From Eubacteriales bacterium (lineage in GTDB: Bacteria > Bacillota > Clostridia > Oscillospirales > CAG-272), in NCBI GenBank assembly GCA_045632325.1, contig JAZQWK010000363.1:1-36539 (forward strand): a stretch of 36,539 nucleotides of DNA. Direction: 5' to 3'. The notes beneath the pieces are model-generated. The model was not told the DNA's origin. It saw only the letters and a list, made by a program, of their open reading frames with translations, and did not search any database. Positions 1-9,465 of this stretch are shown here, piece by piece. Numbering within the stretch: position 1 is the stretch's first letter; each line of letters begins with the position of its first letter. Both the position numbers and the translations under genes were made by a program.

Positions 1-141
1 CTTTCGTAATACTGCCCTGCTTTATAAAAACGCCTCCGAGATAGCATATCCTGTCGTGTGCAATTCCCATCAGCAACTTGTCCCGGTCATCCAACCGGGA
101 TGTCTTTTTCTCTACAAAAGACCAGAATCCTGTACTCGCAA
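1..141. repeat. Terminal direct repeat, copy 1 (identical to 36399-36539)
   Basis: Read base by base: ctttcgtaatactgccctgc...cctgtactcgcaa occurs at both window ends. Confidence 0.97.
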
Positions 142-181
142 AAACCGCAACGGCTAAAGTTATTATCACATCAATCCGCAT
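1..181 (-). CDS. 5' part of the wrap-around lysis-cassette membrane-anchored protein (99 aa in the circular genome; 3' part is 36280-36398)
   Basis: ATG at 181 with GAGGTG RBS at 188-193. Translation MRIDVIITLAVAVFASTGFWSFVEKK is one TM helix. The frame runs through the repeat into ORF 36280-36492. Confidence 0.7.
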   Translation of the reverse strand, partial: MRIDVIITLAVAVFASTGFWSFVEKKTSRLDDRDKLLMGIAHDRICYLGGVFIKQGSITK

Positions 182-201
182 TGTAATCACCTCTTTTCCA
201 G

Positions 202-230
202 ATTATAGCACAACATTTACGAGATGTGAA
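202..230 (-). promoter_or_regulatory. Sigma-70-type promoter with extended -10, upstream of the lysis cassette
   Basis: Minus strand reads TTCACA (230-225), 17-nt spacer, TGc-TATAAT (210-202). It overlaps the stop of the fibre gene. Confidence 0.55.
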
Positions 231-1764
231 TAACGCTCTTCAACCGCTCTATTTCATCGTGCTGTTCCTGTATCAGTTTTAGCATACCGGGAATGATTCT
301 GCGCTCGTCCCATGACTCGATATTTCCATCAGCGTCATGTATAGCAGCCGCAGGATATACTTTCGCTACGTCCTCCGCAATAAATCCGGGCAACGTTTTT
401 CCTTTCATGTCGGCATATTGCGTGCCGTGGTCGTCATTGAACACGAACTGCTTCATGTCAAGGTCATACAGTTTATGCGCGTCAAGGTCGTCGCTGATAT
501 GCGTGGTAATGTCGTGTTTGTAGCGTTCAGAGGAAGACCCCTGTACCGCGATATTTCCGTCCTGATTCGCGCCTTTTATCGACCAATATGACCCAGTGTA
601 TCTTAGGTACACCGTGTCAGTGGCATACATATCAACCCACCCGCTTGACCCGGATTTCCAAATTCTGAAAAACACGTCGCCAGATGATCTTGAACTTGAA
701 GATGACTTTCTTGACCCATTAAGCAATATCTGCTGATATGATGATCCGTCAAGACCTACTTTTATTGTCCCAGACGTAGACTCAATTTGTGTGTCCCCGA
801 GCACGACATATGGCGATTTCCATGCGGCTGATGGCGTTCCGCACTCCCATCCCATTAACGTCACCCCATATGTATTATAATACGTCCAGAAATAGTGACC
901 ATTGCCAGAACTATCTCCTACAAATACTGCTTTTTCCCACCCACTTGTCGCATATACATATTCGTACACTTTCCCACTATTTGAAATAGTGCTGTCAACC
1001 TGCCCGACAATATTGTTGGAACTTTTTCTCTGTATTTGCAGTCCATATTCATGCCCAGTATTAAGAGTGCCAGACACAATACTATATACATAATATTCAA
1101 CGTATGCAAGTGCGCTGTCCATATACTGCGTCGAGTTGATCTTCTTCGTAATTGTAAATTCGCCAGACGCAGATAAACCATCTTTGTCCCATCTGCCTAT
1201 TTCAGCCCCGGACGCATTATAAACCACCATCAGACCGTTACCATTATTCGCCCCGCCGAGTTTTATCGTGCCGGTCTGTAGATAGTCCATATTGACGTAC
1301 ATCTGGTTATTCTGCATAAATATCCCGCGGATCGCGCCATTGTTCGTCAGCTTATTAAAAACAACTTCCTGATTGAGTTTCTCATCATACGCTTTCACGA
1401 GGCTCGTTGCGCAACTGTCTGCAACCAACCAATGTGTTCCGTCGTACACAAACTCGATCGTACTGTTCGCCGCCCAGTTGAATGTATTCCCTGACGGTGA
1501 CAAAGGACCGCCATACGCCCAGATTTCTTTCGCGCCAGTAGAATTTACATTCAGTGTCGGTGTCGTGGCTGTATTGGCGTTCTCGAAGAACACGCTGATT
1601 CTTGCATTCTTGTACAGCGTAAAATTGCCATCTACCGTAGCTGTTTTGGCTACGGTAGACGACGGCGTTGTGGATACTGCATACTTTGCGACGACCTTGT
1701 CATTTACTGCTTTGATCGCATCATCATCATACAGGTTCGTTTCTTTCCTGAGCACAACAGTCAT
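217..1764 (-). CDS. Tail fibre with C-terminal intramolecular-chaperone (Peptidase_S74-like) autoprocessing domain
   Basis: 515 aa. The C-terminus SSERYKHDI...LPGFIAEDVAKVYP...MLKLIQEQHDEIERLK matches the S74 pattern (S-x-R-x-K, GxIAxEV, terminal coiled coil). GAGGAG RBS before ATG 1764. Last gene of the tail module. Confidence 0.8.
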   Translation of the reverse strand: MTVVLRKETNLYDDDAIKAVNDKVVAKYAVSTTPSSTVAKTATVDGNFTLYKNARISVFFENANTATTPTLNVNSTGAKEIWAYGGPLSPSGNTFNWAANSTIEFVYDGTHWLVADSCATSLVKAYDEKLNQEVVFNKLTNNGAIRGIFMQNNQMYVNMDYLQTGTIKLGGANNGNGLMVVYNASGAEIGRWDKDGLSASGEFTITKKINSTQYMDSALAYVEYYVYSIVSGTLNTGHEYGLQIQRKSSNNIVGQVDSTISNSGKVYEYVYATSGWEKAVFVGDSSGNGHYFWTYYNTYGVTLMGWECGTPSAAWKSPYVVLGDTQIESTSGTIKVGLDGSSYQQILLNGSRKSSSSSRSSGDVFFRIWKSGSSGWVDMYATDTVYLRYTGSYWSIKGANQDGNIAVQGSSSERYKHDITTHISDDLDAHKLYDLDMKQFVFNDDHGTQYADMKGKTLPGFIAEDVAKVYPAAAIHDADGNIESWDERRIIPGMLKLIQEQHDEIERLKSVIHIS

Positions 1765-1767
1765 AAT

Positions 1768-2157
1768 TTACTCCTCTATCATGCACTCCAACGCGGACAG
1801 TTCTTTTGGCGACAGTGATTCAAACCGATCCTCGTCACATCTCTCAATGTCGCTCATCGCGATCTTGTCAAACTCAACTGGCATATCAGTATCCACGAGT
1901 TCGTTCATTTCGGCAATAAAACTCTCCCGGTCATCTATCAAGATACCTTTGCCGTCATCGGACGGGATCATCTCGCCCTTGTCATTCCTTTTGGCGTTCT
2001 TTTCAACGATGTCGTTCTGCCTTTTGTCCGCGAACTCAACAACCTCGCGGAGTTTCTTCTCGTTCTTCTGAACGGCAAACGCCATCTTGATAGGAAGTTT
2101 CTTCGCCATCAACCCCTGCAGTGCTTCAAACGTTGTTCGCGCCTCTTTAACTTTCAT
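1768..2157 (-). CDS. Acidic helical protein next to the fibre gene (DUF1617-like by memory); possible fibre-assembly or accessory protein
   Basis: ATG 2157 preceded by GGAGGGA; 129 aa. The longer track ORF (to 2175) has no RBS. Confidence 0.6.
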   Translation of the reverse strand: MKVKEARTTFEALQGLMAKKLPIKMAFAVQKNEKKLREVVEFADKRQNDIVEKNAKRNDKGEMIPSDDGKGILIDDRESFIAEMNELVDTDMPVEFDKIAMSDIERCDEDRFESLSPKELSALECMIEE

Positions 2158-2374
2158 TCGTTCCCTCCTCTTCATTGTGTGTATAACTTTCCGCTTTTAT
2201 TGTATACCCAGAATCGTCCATAAGTACAGCAGAATGTATCGGAACATTTGAAACAGCCGCCGCCGCAAGAATAGTGTGGAATTTCTGCTCCGCTTCTGGT
2301 CTTTCAACGTGAGACGTTACGATATTCGCCACCTGTGTATCAGACATTTTCTGCAATTCAAGTACAATAAACAT
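2147..2374 (-). CDS. Hypothetical 75-aa protein between Tal and the fibre genes
   Basis: ATG 2374 preceded by AAGGAG, 12 nt after the Tal stop. Confidence 0.55.
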   Translation of the reverse strand: MFIVLELQKMSDTQVANIVTSHVERPEAEQKFHTILAAAAVSNVPIHSAVLMDDSGYTIKAESYTHNEEEGTNES

Positions 2375-2386
2375 TTTTCTTCTCCT

Positions 2387-5300
2387 TTACGCCATTTTTA
2401 TTGCAAACCAACTTGTCGTGTTATATCCCATCACAGTCCACGTGACGCTTGAACTTTGTCCCTCGACAGTTATACTAAATGTACCCGTTACAGATGAGCT
2501 AAGTACAACAGTCTTAAATATTGTTGCTCGGTTCATATTGTTGTATATTGATGTAGGCGATCCTTGCGTAGGCGTTGCGGCGTTCGTGATTACAGATACC
2601 AACTCGGTACTACCTATTTTAAGTTTCGCGGTTGCCGTATTTGTATTCACGCCAAGCGGCAACGTTAAACCGGCGAGATATGTCCCTGCGGGTAATGTGT
2701 ACGTCCCAGACTCATATATTTTAGAGGCTGTAGTTCCTGTGCCTGTTTTTGTGCCAAGGTTTCCTGAATTGCCATAGTTTACACCCATCCCTATGGCACT
2801 CACCATATTTGACCTTGTAACATATCCGACATTTCCACCATCAGAAAAGGAATTATTAAGGCACAAAAAGTACGGAGGAGCGGTCTGCCCAGAGCCGGAT
2901 TTTATATCAATACCTGCACTGCATATTAACTTGCCGGTCATCGTGTCCCCCGCTTTATTCACTGCACCAAGGGCAGTCCTGCAAGCGGCGGCATCGGCAA
3001 ACAAATATATATTATTACCAGACTGATCGACGTAAAACCCAAACCCGTTTCTCCACGCCCACGCATTGTTTATATACTGGCGAACCCCGAGGTTTATGCC
3101 GATTGCTTTGCTTGTATATTGGAAAAACTCAACGTGCCCCATAGTGTTCCCGCCACTATCTTGAAAACTTAGTGGCGTATTATATGTTGCGGCAGATGGA
3201 GCAGTATTATATGTTATATTTGACGACTTATAAGCGATTGTTCCTGTTATTGTACCACCACCCGTACTTAATGCACCAATCGCCGACCTCCACGCGGCGG
3301 GTGCGTTTACATATACGGAAACTGTGTCATCTGAGTTGATTCTAAGTTGAACATTATTCGCTATGACTGTTCCTGAAGAATTTTTTCTTTGCAATTTCCA
3401 TTCTGTATATACTAAATCTGCGGTAGTTCTATATGCTCTTATATATGCCATATCATAATCAGCAGAATCTCTTATTCTAAAACCGCCGAACGCTGTGTTC
3501 TCGGACGGCGTTGTCGTCCCCATTTGTGAACTAAGAGCTGTGTTCTTCACAAGGAATGTTCCCTCGACGTTTCTTGCAATACGCAGGTTGCCAGACATTG
3601 TATCACCTGCAATATTGACTGCTCCAATAGCAGAACGCCATGCCGCCGAAGACGACACGGTTACGGAACTATTCCCAGATGAGTCAAGACGTAATGATAA
3701 TTCATTGAATATAATATTCCCATCAGCGTCCGCACGTCTTGCGACTATCTGCGTATACACCATATCTGCAGTCGTTTTATATGTCTGTATCCATCCGACA
3801 GATGTACCAGTCGAATCCTGTATTCTATACCCGCCGAACGATGTTAATTCACTCGGTATAGTCTGACCGATCTTTCCATTCAATACAGTGTTTTCTACTG
3901 TCACATATGACGCAGAACCATGCTCTATTCTCAAATCGCCTGTCATGGTATCGCCATCGACATTGACATACAGCGCATCAAAAACGCCTGTAGCCATGGC
4001 AGACGCAAAGTCCTCGACCGTTGCGATGTATCCGTCAGCGGCATCTACACCCATCAGCGAGTCATACAAATTTATATCGGACGCTGTTTTTACTGTCAGA
4101 TCAACAACACGCACTTCTCCCTCTGACTGCGTCAGCATGGTCAAATTATCGCCGCTCCGGGTGAGCAGTGCCATGTTGCTCCGGGTAAGAAGTCTTGCGT
4201 TCTGGTTCAGATAATCGGTGAACGTGCAGGTAATTGTTGCTCCATAGCCAAGGGTATTTTTGGCTACGTTCATCGTTTTGCCAGTGCCAAGGCTTGTCTC
4301 GCCGTCCTCGGTTCTGAGCGTCCAGACAAACTGCGCCGCGTCAAAGTTTGCCGTGACATCATTCTTGCCCTCGTAAACTATTGCGCTGAAAGATGCAGTC
4401 GCACCGCTGTTTGTCCATTCAAACGGAGTTTCGAGGACATACCCCTCAACCGCCGAAGCCGCCGCGTCAATAGCGTTCTGCACAACAGTCGGAACAGACC
4501 GCAGGGAAAACTCACCTGTGACCATATTCCAGTAGTTGTACCCTGCCGCGTCAGACAAAATCCCCGCTTTTATGATATTTGCGGTCAGCGTGCCGGTCGT
4601 GACCATCGTCGCGTTGATCCTGCCGTCCTGCGTGATCGCTATGTCAGAAAACGGACCGTCATACCCGGCGTGAGAATGTCCAAGCCCTGACAGATTCCAA
4701 CGCCAGACATTTACTGCCTGTGTTGTGTCGTCATCGTCCATGATAAGTAGTTCGGTCGGATGTCCGTCCGCATCACGGTTGAAAACGATATACCCGCCCT
4801 TGTTTCCGGTTATCAGGTCGGTAGAATAGTCTATTGCTTGCTGAACGTAGGACTTGCTCGGCAATGATTTTTTTATGTCCGTTTCCGTTACGGCGGTAAC
4901 GACCTTTGCGAAAGACTGCTTTGCGTCGCCCAGTTCCATACTGTCATACCGCTCCGTCAGGACATTGTAATTAACCTCGACCACCTGTAGTTTCTTGCGG
5001 ACTCCAAGTTCGTCATGGATCGCCCACACATAATCGTACAGGGCAACCCTCTGCAAAGGCGCGACATTCCTGTAATCTTCCGTCTGCCATAAAGCGATGA
5101 AGTTGACTTTGATATTCTCTTTCAACTTCCAGACGGTGTTTTGGTTCATAAACGTCTCGGAATAATTAATCAACTGCTGTTGCGTCGGGGCTTCTACCCA
5201 CTGGTCGGATAAATCCAGAACGACCGGGCGCAAAGTCTGTGTTGTGGCTGAGGATGCACGGACGATCTTTCCGGTTACAGTAACAAGAACCTCAGGATCA

Positions 5301-5962
5301 TCTTCGCCGGTGCTCTCGTGATACCAGAACGGAACGACAGCATTATATACATCGCTGTCGTCCGTTTCCTGCGTCATGCCTGTCATGTTTACGCCATACC
5401 GGATGTAAACGTTATTATCTGCGCCTCTGTCGTGGTAAAGTTTTACTGTGTATCCGTCCCACTCGTAGTCTCCACCGTCGAACGCGTCAAGGATAGACCC
5501 CTCTTCACCGGCAAGTACAGCCCTTGTTGCAGTAGGGACTTTTATTTCAAAGTCCCCTGCCGCTTCTTTGTCCGTCCAGAAAGAAAAGTCACTCTGGTTG
5601 ATCTCGTAGGTTTTGAGTTTGGTAAACGCCTCAGCGCATGATGTTGCCGTAAACGGATCGAGTATTACATTCCCTAATTTATAACTGACGTGATGCGCAA
5701 AAAAGGTAACAACCCCTTTTATAGGGGCTGACCTTGAGTAGATTTCAAACGGCTGACAGGTTTTCGTGTCATCATGGATGCAGTAAATGATTCTTTTTTC
5801 CTGTATGTCGGAATAATGCATTCCAGTCATCGGATACTTGAATTTGCATTCATAAATGCCGCTTTCTTTTTCCTGCACCACACAGGAAATACAGTCAGAA
5901 AGTCTGCCTATGCCGTTATTCGTAAAGGATGTGGTATTCGCTTCATATAAAATCGGTATCAT
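2387..5962 (-). CDS. Tail-associated protein (Tal / baseplate hub) with a long receptor-binding extension
   Basis: 1191 aa from ATG 5962 (ATGA overlap with the Dit stop). The N-terminus MIPILYEANTTSFTNNGIGRL is typical of prophage-tail/Tal proteins. It follows Dit. The C-terminal half has three modules that each start with GDTM(T/S)G, then a terminal beta-rich head domain. Confidence 0.85.
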   Translation of the reverse strand: MIPILYEANTTSFTNNGIGRLSDCISCVVQEKESGIYECKFKYPMTGMHYSDIQEKRIIYCIHDDTKTCQPFEIYSRSAPIKGVVTFFAHHVSYKLGNVILDPFTATSCAEAFTKLKTYEINQSDFSFWTDKEAAGDFEIKVPTATRAVLAGEEGSILDAFDGGDYEWDGYTVKLYHDRGADNNVYIRYGVNMTGMTQETDDSDVYNAVVPFWYHESTGEDDPEVLVTVTGKIVRASSATTQTLRPVVLDLSDQWVEAPTQQQLINYSETFMNQNTVWKLKENIKVNFIALWQTEDYRNVAPLQRVALYDYVWAIHDELGVRKKLQVVEVNYNVLTERYDSMELGDAKQSFAKVVTAVTETDIKKSLPSKSYVQQAIDYSTDLITGNKGGYIVFNRDADGHPTELLIMDDDDTTQAVNVWRWNLSGLGHSHAGYDGPFSDIAITQDGRINATMVTTGTLTANIIKAGILSDAAGYNYWNMVTGEFSLRSVPTVVQNAIDAAASAVEGYVLETPFEWTNSGATASFSAIVYEGKNDVTANFDAAQFVWTLRTEDGETSLGTGKTMNVAKNTLGYGATITCTFTDYLNQNARLLTRSNMALLTRSGDNLTMLTQSEGEVRVVDLTVKTASDINLYDSLMGVDAADGYIATVEDFASAMATGVFDALYVNVDGDTMTGDLRIEHGSASYVTVENTVLNGKIGQTIPSELTSFGGYRIQDSTGTSVGWIQTYKTTADMVYTQIVARRADADGNIIFNELSLRLDSSGNSSVTVSSSAAWRSAIGAVNIAGDTMSGNLRIARNVEGTFLVKNTALSSQMGTTTPSENTAFGGFRIRDSADYDMAYIRAYRTTADLVYTEWKLQRKNSSGTVIANNVQLRINSDDTVSVYVNAPAAWRSAIGALSTGGGTITGTIAYKSSNITYNTAPSAATYNTPLSFQDSGGNTMGHVEFFQYTSKAIGINLGVRQYINNAWAWRNGFGFYVDQSGNNIYLFADAAACRTALGAVNKAGDTMTGKLICSAGIDIKSGSGQTAPPYFLCLNNSFSDGGNVGYVTRSNMVSAIGMGVNYGNSGNLGTKTGTGTTASKIYESGTYTLPAGTYLAGLTLPLGVNTNTATAKLKIGSTELVSVITNAATPTQGSPTSIYNNMNRATIFKTVVLSSSVTGTFSITVEGQSSSVTWTVMGYNTTSWFAIKMA
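2948..3967 (-). repeat. Three tandem diverged coding modules (348, 348 and 309 nt) inside the Tal gene, each opening with a GDTMTG-type motif
   Basis: The G of G-D-T-M maps to 3955, 3607, 3259 and 2950 on the minus strand. The modules end in AAWRSAIGA(V/L) or AACRTALGAV. Confidence 0.8.
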
Positions 5963-6663
5963 ATCGTGTACCACCTCGGCGTGATCTTGACCTGTGTTAT
6001 TCCTGACGACAGTGCGATGTTATTCGATCCCGGCGCAAGCCCCGGCTTTCCAGTGCCGCCGAACGACACATTGGCGTTTTTGGACGATGACCCCTTGTAC
6101 GCCTCCATCGTGTCGCAGTCAATATCCGTGTACGTGTCTGCCGCAGAGATCGTGATAACGTAACTGCCTATCGTCACCGTGCCTGTTCCGTATGCCCTTA
6201 TAAGCGGGTATGATGTAAACGAAGTCGGGTTTGATATTGTCCCTGTTGTAGAAAGCGTCGTCTCTGTATCGCCTGACGTGAGCCAACGTTGCGGCTTGCG
6301 GTCAAAAATAATCTGGAATCTGCCGATGTCCCTGTTCCTGCCGGTCTCTACCTCAAGCACCTCGATAAAGCACGCGTCATAGTACTCATCGGCATGAAAG
6401 GAATCTGTCAGTTTTTTATATCCGACCTGCGACCGCATAGCCGCCCGGAAGTTCTTCAAGTTGGTTTCATAGTTTGAGTATATGATTCCCCAATAGATGT
6501 GCTGTAGATTTTCGAACCTCTGCTGATCCACAAACAGATCGCCGTTTCTTCCGGCTACCTCATATCTGTCGTAAACTCTTGCCGGTGCGCTGTCCGTGTC
6601 CTCGTCGAATATCGCAACGCTATATGTACTGGAATTTACACTGCCGAATACTATATTGCTCAT
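5959..6663 (-). CDS. Distal tail protein (Dit)
   Basis: 234 aa from ATG 6663 (ATGA overlap with the TMP stop). It sits between TMP and Tal. MSNIVFGSVNSSTYSV...YEVAGRNGD resembles siphovirus tail-family proteins. Confidence 0.8.
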   Translation of the reverse strand: MSNIVFGSVNSSTYSVAIFDEDTDSAPARVYDRYEVAGRNGDLFVDQQRFENLQHIYWGIIYSNYETNLKNFRAAMRSQVGYKKLTDSFHADEYYDACFIEVLEVETGRNRDIGRFQIIFDRKPQRWLTSGDTETTLSTTGTISNPTSFTSYPLIRAYGTGTVTIGSYVITISAADTYTDIDCDTMEAYKGSSSKNANVSFGGTGKPGLAPGSNNIALSSGITQVKITPRWYTI

Positions 6664-9161
6664 GCGTAAGCCGCCTTTCTCTGGTTCTCCCACTGGACGA
6701 ACACTCTCTGCACTTCCTGTGCGATCTCGTATTCATCCTGACGCTCCGTAGCGTATACGTTGATGACAACACCGCTGTCTTGTGCTTTTGCTACGCCGCC
6801 GCTTATTTCATATTCCCCGCCTATCGTGTCTCCAAAATCAAAACTTTTTGCTATCTGGTCAGTGATAAGGTATTCATTATCTCGTATTCCCTGCGCGAAA
6901 AGTTTCATCATGTCCGGCGCGAAAGTGTGGAAGTTTGACAGAGGACCGACATCAGGCTCAGAGAATCCGAGGAACGACTTGATCGATGCGGCGACAGATG
7001 ACACCGAATCCACGACCCAACTTCTCGCCCTCTCAACGCCACTTCGGAAGTTGTTCATCATGTCTTCGCCCCAACTGTCCGCATCGCTTACATCAAAAGC
7101 ATCAGTGATCTTTTCCCATATGCCGCCAAAAAACTCTTCCACAGCCGCAAACGGTGTCTTGATAGCTTCCCACGCTTCCCCGAACTTCTCCTCGAACCAT
7201 TTCTTTACTTCTTCAAAAACGCCCTTTATATCTTCCCATATATCCGTAAAGAATTGCACAACGCCGTTCCACACGTCCGTGATAGCTGTCCACGCGGCTG
7301 TAAACTTATCGCCGAACCATTTCTTTGCGCCTATGAAAACGTTCTTTATGCCGTCCCAGATGTCAAGGAAGAACTTTACAACAACGCTCCATACATCTTT
7401 GATCTTTTCCCATGCGGTCTTGAATTTTTCTTGAAACCACTGCGCCACACCAATAAAGACGTTTTTAATCCCGTCCCAGATGTCAAGGAAGAAATCGACA
7501 ACGACATCCCAAACAAACTTGATATTGTTCCATGCCGTTTTGAACTTCTCATAGAACCACAAACCAACACCAACAAAGACGTTTTTGATCCCTTCCCAGA
7601 TTCCGACAAAGAAATCCACGACAACGCTCCAGACGTATTGAATAACAGCCCATCCGGTCGTAAACGCTTCGACAATCCAATCTATGACACTTTTTATTGT
7701 CTCCCAAAGATTTGTAAAAAACTCGACAATGTTGTCAATAATCTCCCGCGTTTTTTCTCTGCCCTCTTCAAACGTCTGCTTGATCTCAGCCCAAATTTCC
7801 TGCACGGCGGCGATAAAATCTTTGACCCATTGTATAGCCGCCTCTATAAATTCTATGATCTTGACAATTCCTATTGCGACGTATTCCAATACTACAATAA
7901 AGCCGTCAAACGCTTCAGACAAAAACTGTGTGGCGTCTTTCATCATCTCCTCGCCATTTACCATCGAGGCTATCTTTTCAATGACCGGGGAAATGGCTTC
8001 GTATATTCTTCCAAACGCGGCTTGTATCTTGTCAAACACTTCCGGCAACAATGCAACCTTTTCCGTTCCCCACTGAACAAACGACCGCAAAGACGGCGTC
8101 AATTTATCGGAAAGCTGTATCTTTGCGCCTTCCAGTGCTGACTTGAATTTCGTGACATCGCCCGCAAGGTTATCAAGCTGTGTCTCTGCCATCTGTTCAG
8201 CCGCACCCGCAGAGTCAAGGATAGCCGCGCCGATCTTGTCCCAGTCTTCGCCAATAGCCGCAAGCAACGCTTCTGCTGACGCCGTGTCTCTTGTATTGAA
8301 CAGATCGGATATAGCCTGTAGTTTCTGCTGTTGCGTGAGATTGCTCATGCTGTTGTTAAGATCGCCAAATATATCCTTCAGCGACCGCATATTCCCCTCT
8401 GTGTCAAACACAGTTACGCCAAGGGCTTCCAACTGCGCTACGCCATCTTTTGTAGGGTCGGAAAGTTTTAACAACATATTCCGCATATGCGTACCGGCTT
8501 CGCCGCCTTTAATACCGGCGTTTGCCATGGCTGTGAGCGCGATCTCGAGTTCCTGCAAGCCATCTACTTCCGTTGTCGTTCCGTCGGAAAGTTCAACCAT
8601 GCCGCCGTTGAGTTCCCGCGCCAGCCCGCCGACGACAAGGAACGCATCGCCCAACTGCTCAACGGACGTATTGCCGGTTGACGCGGCTTTTGCCATCTCG
8701 TCAACCATCTTCGTTGTTCGTTCAGCCTTAAGACCGAATGCCGTCTGTGAGTCTGTGACCATATCGGACGCTTTTGCCAAGTCCATATTTCCCGCCGCGG
8801 CAAGGTTCAAAACGGTCGGCAACATCTCCATGGACTGATCCGCTTTATATCCTGCAAGTGCCATATAATTCAAAGCATCAGCCGCCTCGGATGCAGTGAA
8901 CATTGTCGTGCTCCCCATCTCAAGGGCAAAGTTTCTCAGGTCTTCTATCTGGTCAACGGTCGTTCCCATCGTAGCCGCGACCTGCGACATACTTTTATCA
9001 AACTCCATGCCGACGTTCACGGACGAAGCAACGAACGCGGTTGCCGCCGCGCCTATGGCGGCAATCCCGCCAAGAGCCGCAACTTTCGCCGCGCTTAATC
9101 CGCTCATAAAACTTGTAGAATCAAGTCCAAGTTTTGCCTGTAAATCAAATACTGTAGCCAT
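6660..9161 (-). CDS. Tape measure protein
   Basis: 833 aa. N-terminal TP901-type TMP core (MGSTTMFTASEAADALNYMALAG). Helical W/F-rich 40-aa repeats. It follows the chaperone pair. Confidence 0.92.
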   Translation of the reverse strand: MATVFDLQAKLGLDSTSFMSGLSAAKVAALGGIAAIGAAATAFVASSVNVGMEFDKSMSQVAATMGTTVDQIEDLRNFALEMGSTTMFTASEAADALNYMALAGYKADQSMEMLPTVLNLAAAGNMDLAKASDMVTDSQTAFGLKAERTTKMVDEMAKAASTGNTSVEQLGDAFLVVGGLARELNGGMVELSDGTTTEVDGLQELEIALTAMANAGIKGGEAGTHMRNMLLKLSDPTKDGVAQLEALGVTVFDTEGNMRSLKDIFGDLNNSMSNLTQQQKLQAISDLFNTRDTASAEALLAAIGEDWDKIGAAILDSAGAAEQMAETQLDNLAGDVTKFKSALEGAKIQLSDKLTPSLRSFVQWGTEKVALLPEVFDKIQAAFGRIYEAISPVIEKIASMVNGEEMMKDATQFLSEAFDGFIVVLEYVAIGIVKIIEFIEAAIQWVKDFIAAVQEIWAEIKQTFEEGREKTREIIDNIVEFFTNLWETIKSVIDWIVEAFTTGWAVIQYVWSVVVDFFVGIWEGIKNVFVGVGLWFYEKFKTAWNNIKFVWDVVVDFFLDIWDGIKNVFIGVAQWFQEKFKTAWEKIKDVWSVVVKFFLDIWDGIKNVFIGAKKWFGDKFTAAWTAITDVWNGVVQFFTDIWEDIKGVFEEVKKWFEEKFGEAWEAIKTPFAAVEEFFGGIWEKITDAFDVSDADSWGEDMMNNFRSGVERARSWVVDSVSSVAASIKSFLGFSEPDVGPLSNFHTFAPDMMKLFAQGIRDNEYLITDQIAKSFDFGDTIGGEYEISGGVAKAQDSGVVINVYATERQDEYEIAQEVQRVFVQWENQRKAAYA
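7100..7720 (-). repeat. About five tandem 120-bp (40-aa) repeats inside the tape measure gene
   Basis: The motif c(c/t)(g/t)tcccaga/ttcccata recurs at 7111, 7231, 7351, 7471 and 7591. The protein repeat is VVxFFxDIWxGIKNVFxGxxxWFxEKFKTAWxxIKxVW. Confidence 0.9.
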
Positions 9162-9465
9162 CTTTTTCGTCCTCTAATATCAGCCCGCCATTCTCCAACA
9201 CCTGCGCTACGATCTCGTCACCTGACATTTGCGGCTGTTTGTCTTTCCGGATAATGTCTATGTACCGCTTTGTCAGTCTGTTGTTCTGCCCTTGCTGATA
9301 CAAAGTGTCAGAGATGTAAATGCGGTATGCAAAATCACGGAGTTCCTGTTCAGACCGCGCTTTCACATACCGCAAAAACGGTTTTACATCTCTGCGTCCG
9401 CGATATTCTCCGTAGCAGAGCCAGAAGATTCTTTTGCTGTCGTCTGACCCGGCGATGTAAAAAAA
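9145..9465 (-). CDS. -1 frame extension of the tail assembly chaperone (gpT-like part of a G-T fusion)
   Basis: The -1 frame is open from 9459 through the track ORF 9145-9375, which has only a TTG start and no RBS of its own. Confidence 0.7.
   Translation of the reverse strand, partial: FFYIAGSDDSKRIFWLCYGEYRGRRDVKPFLRYVKARSEQELRDFAYRIYISDTLYQQGQNNRLTKRYIDIIRKDKQPQMSGDEIVAQVLENGGLILEDEKDGYSI

Noticed and set aside
7254-8141. 295-aa plus-strand ORF, with neighbouring plus-strand ORFs at 6760-7434, 7684-8076 and 8143-8838
   Set aside because: They lie entirely antisense to the tape measure gene, whose product has clear TMP features. The translations are low-complexity, there is no RBS, and no other plus-strand gene exists.
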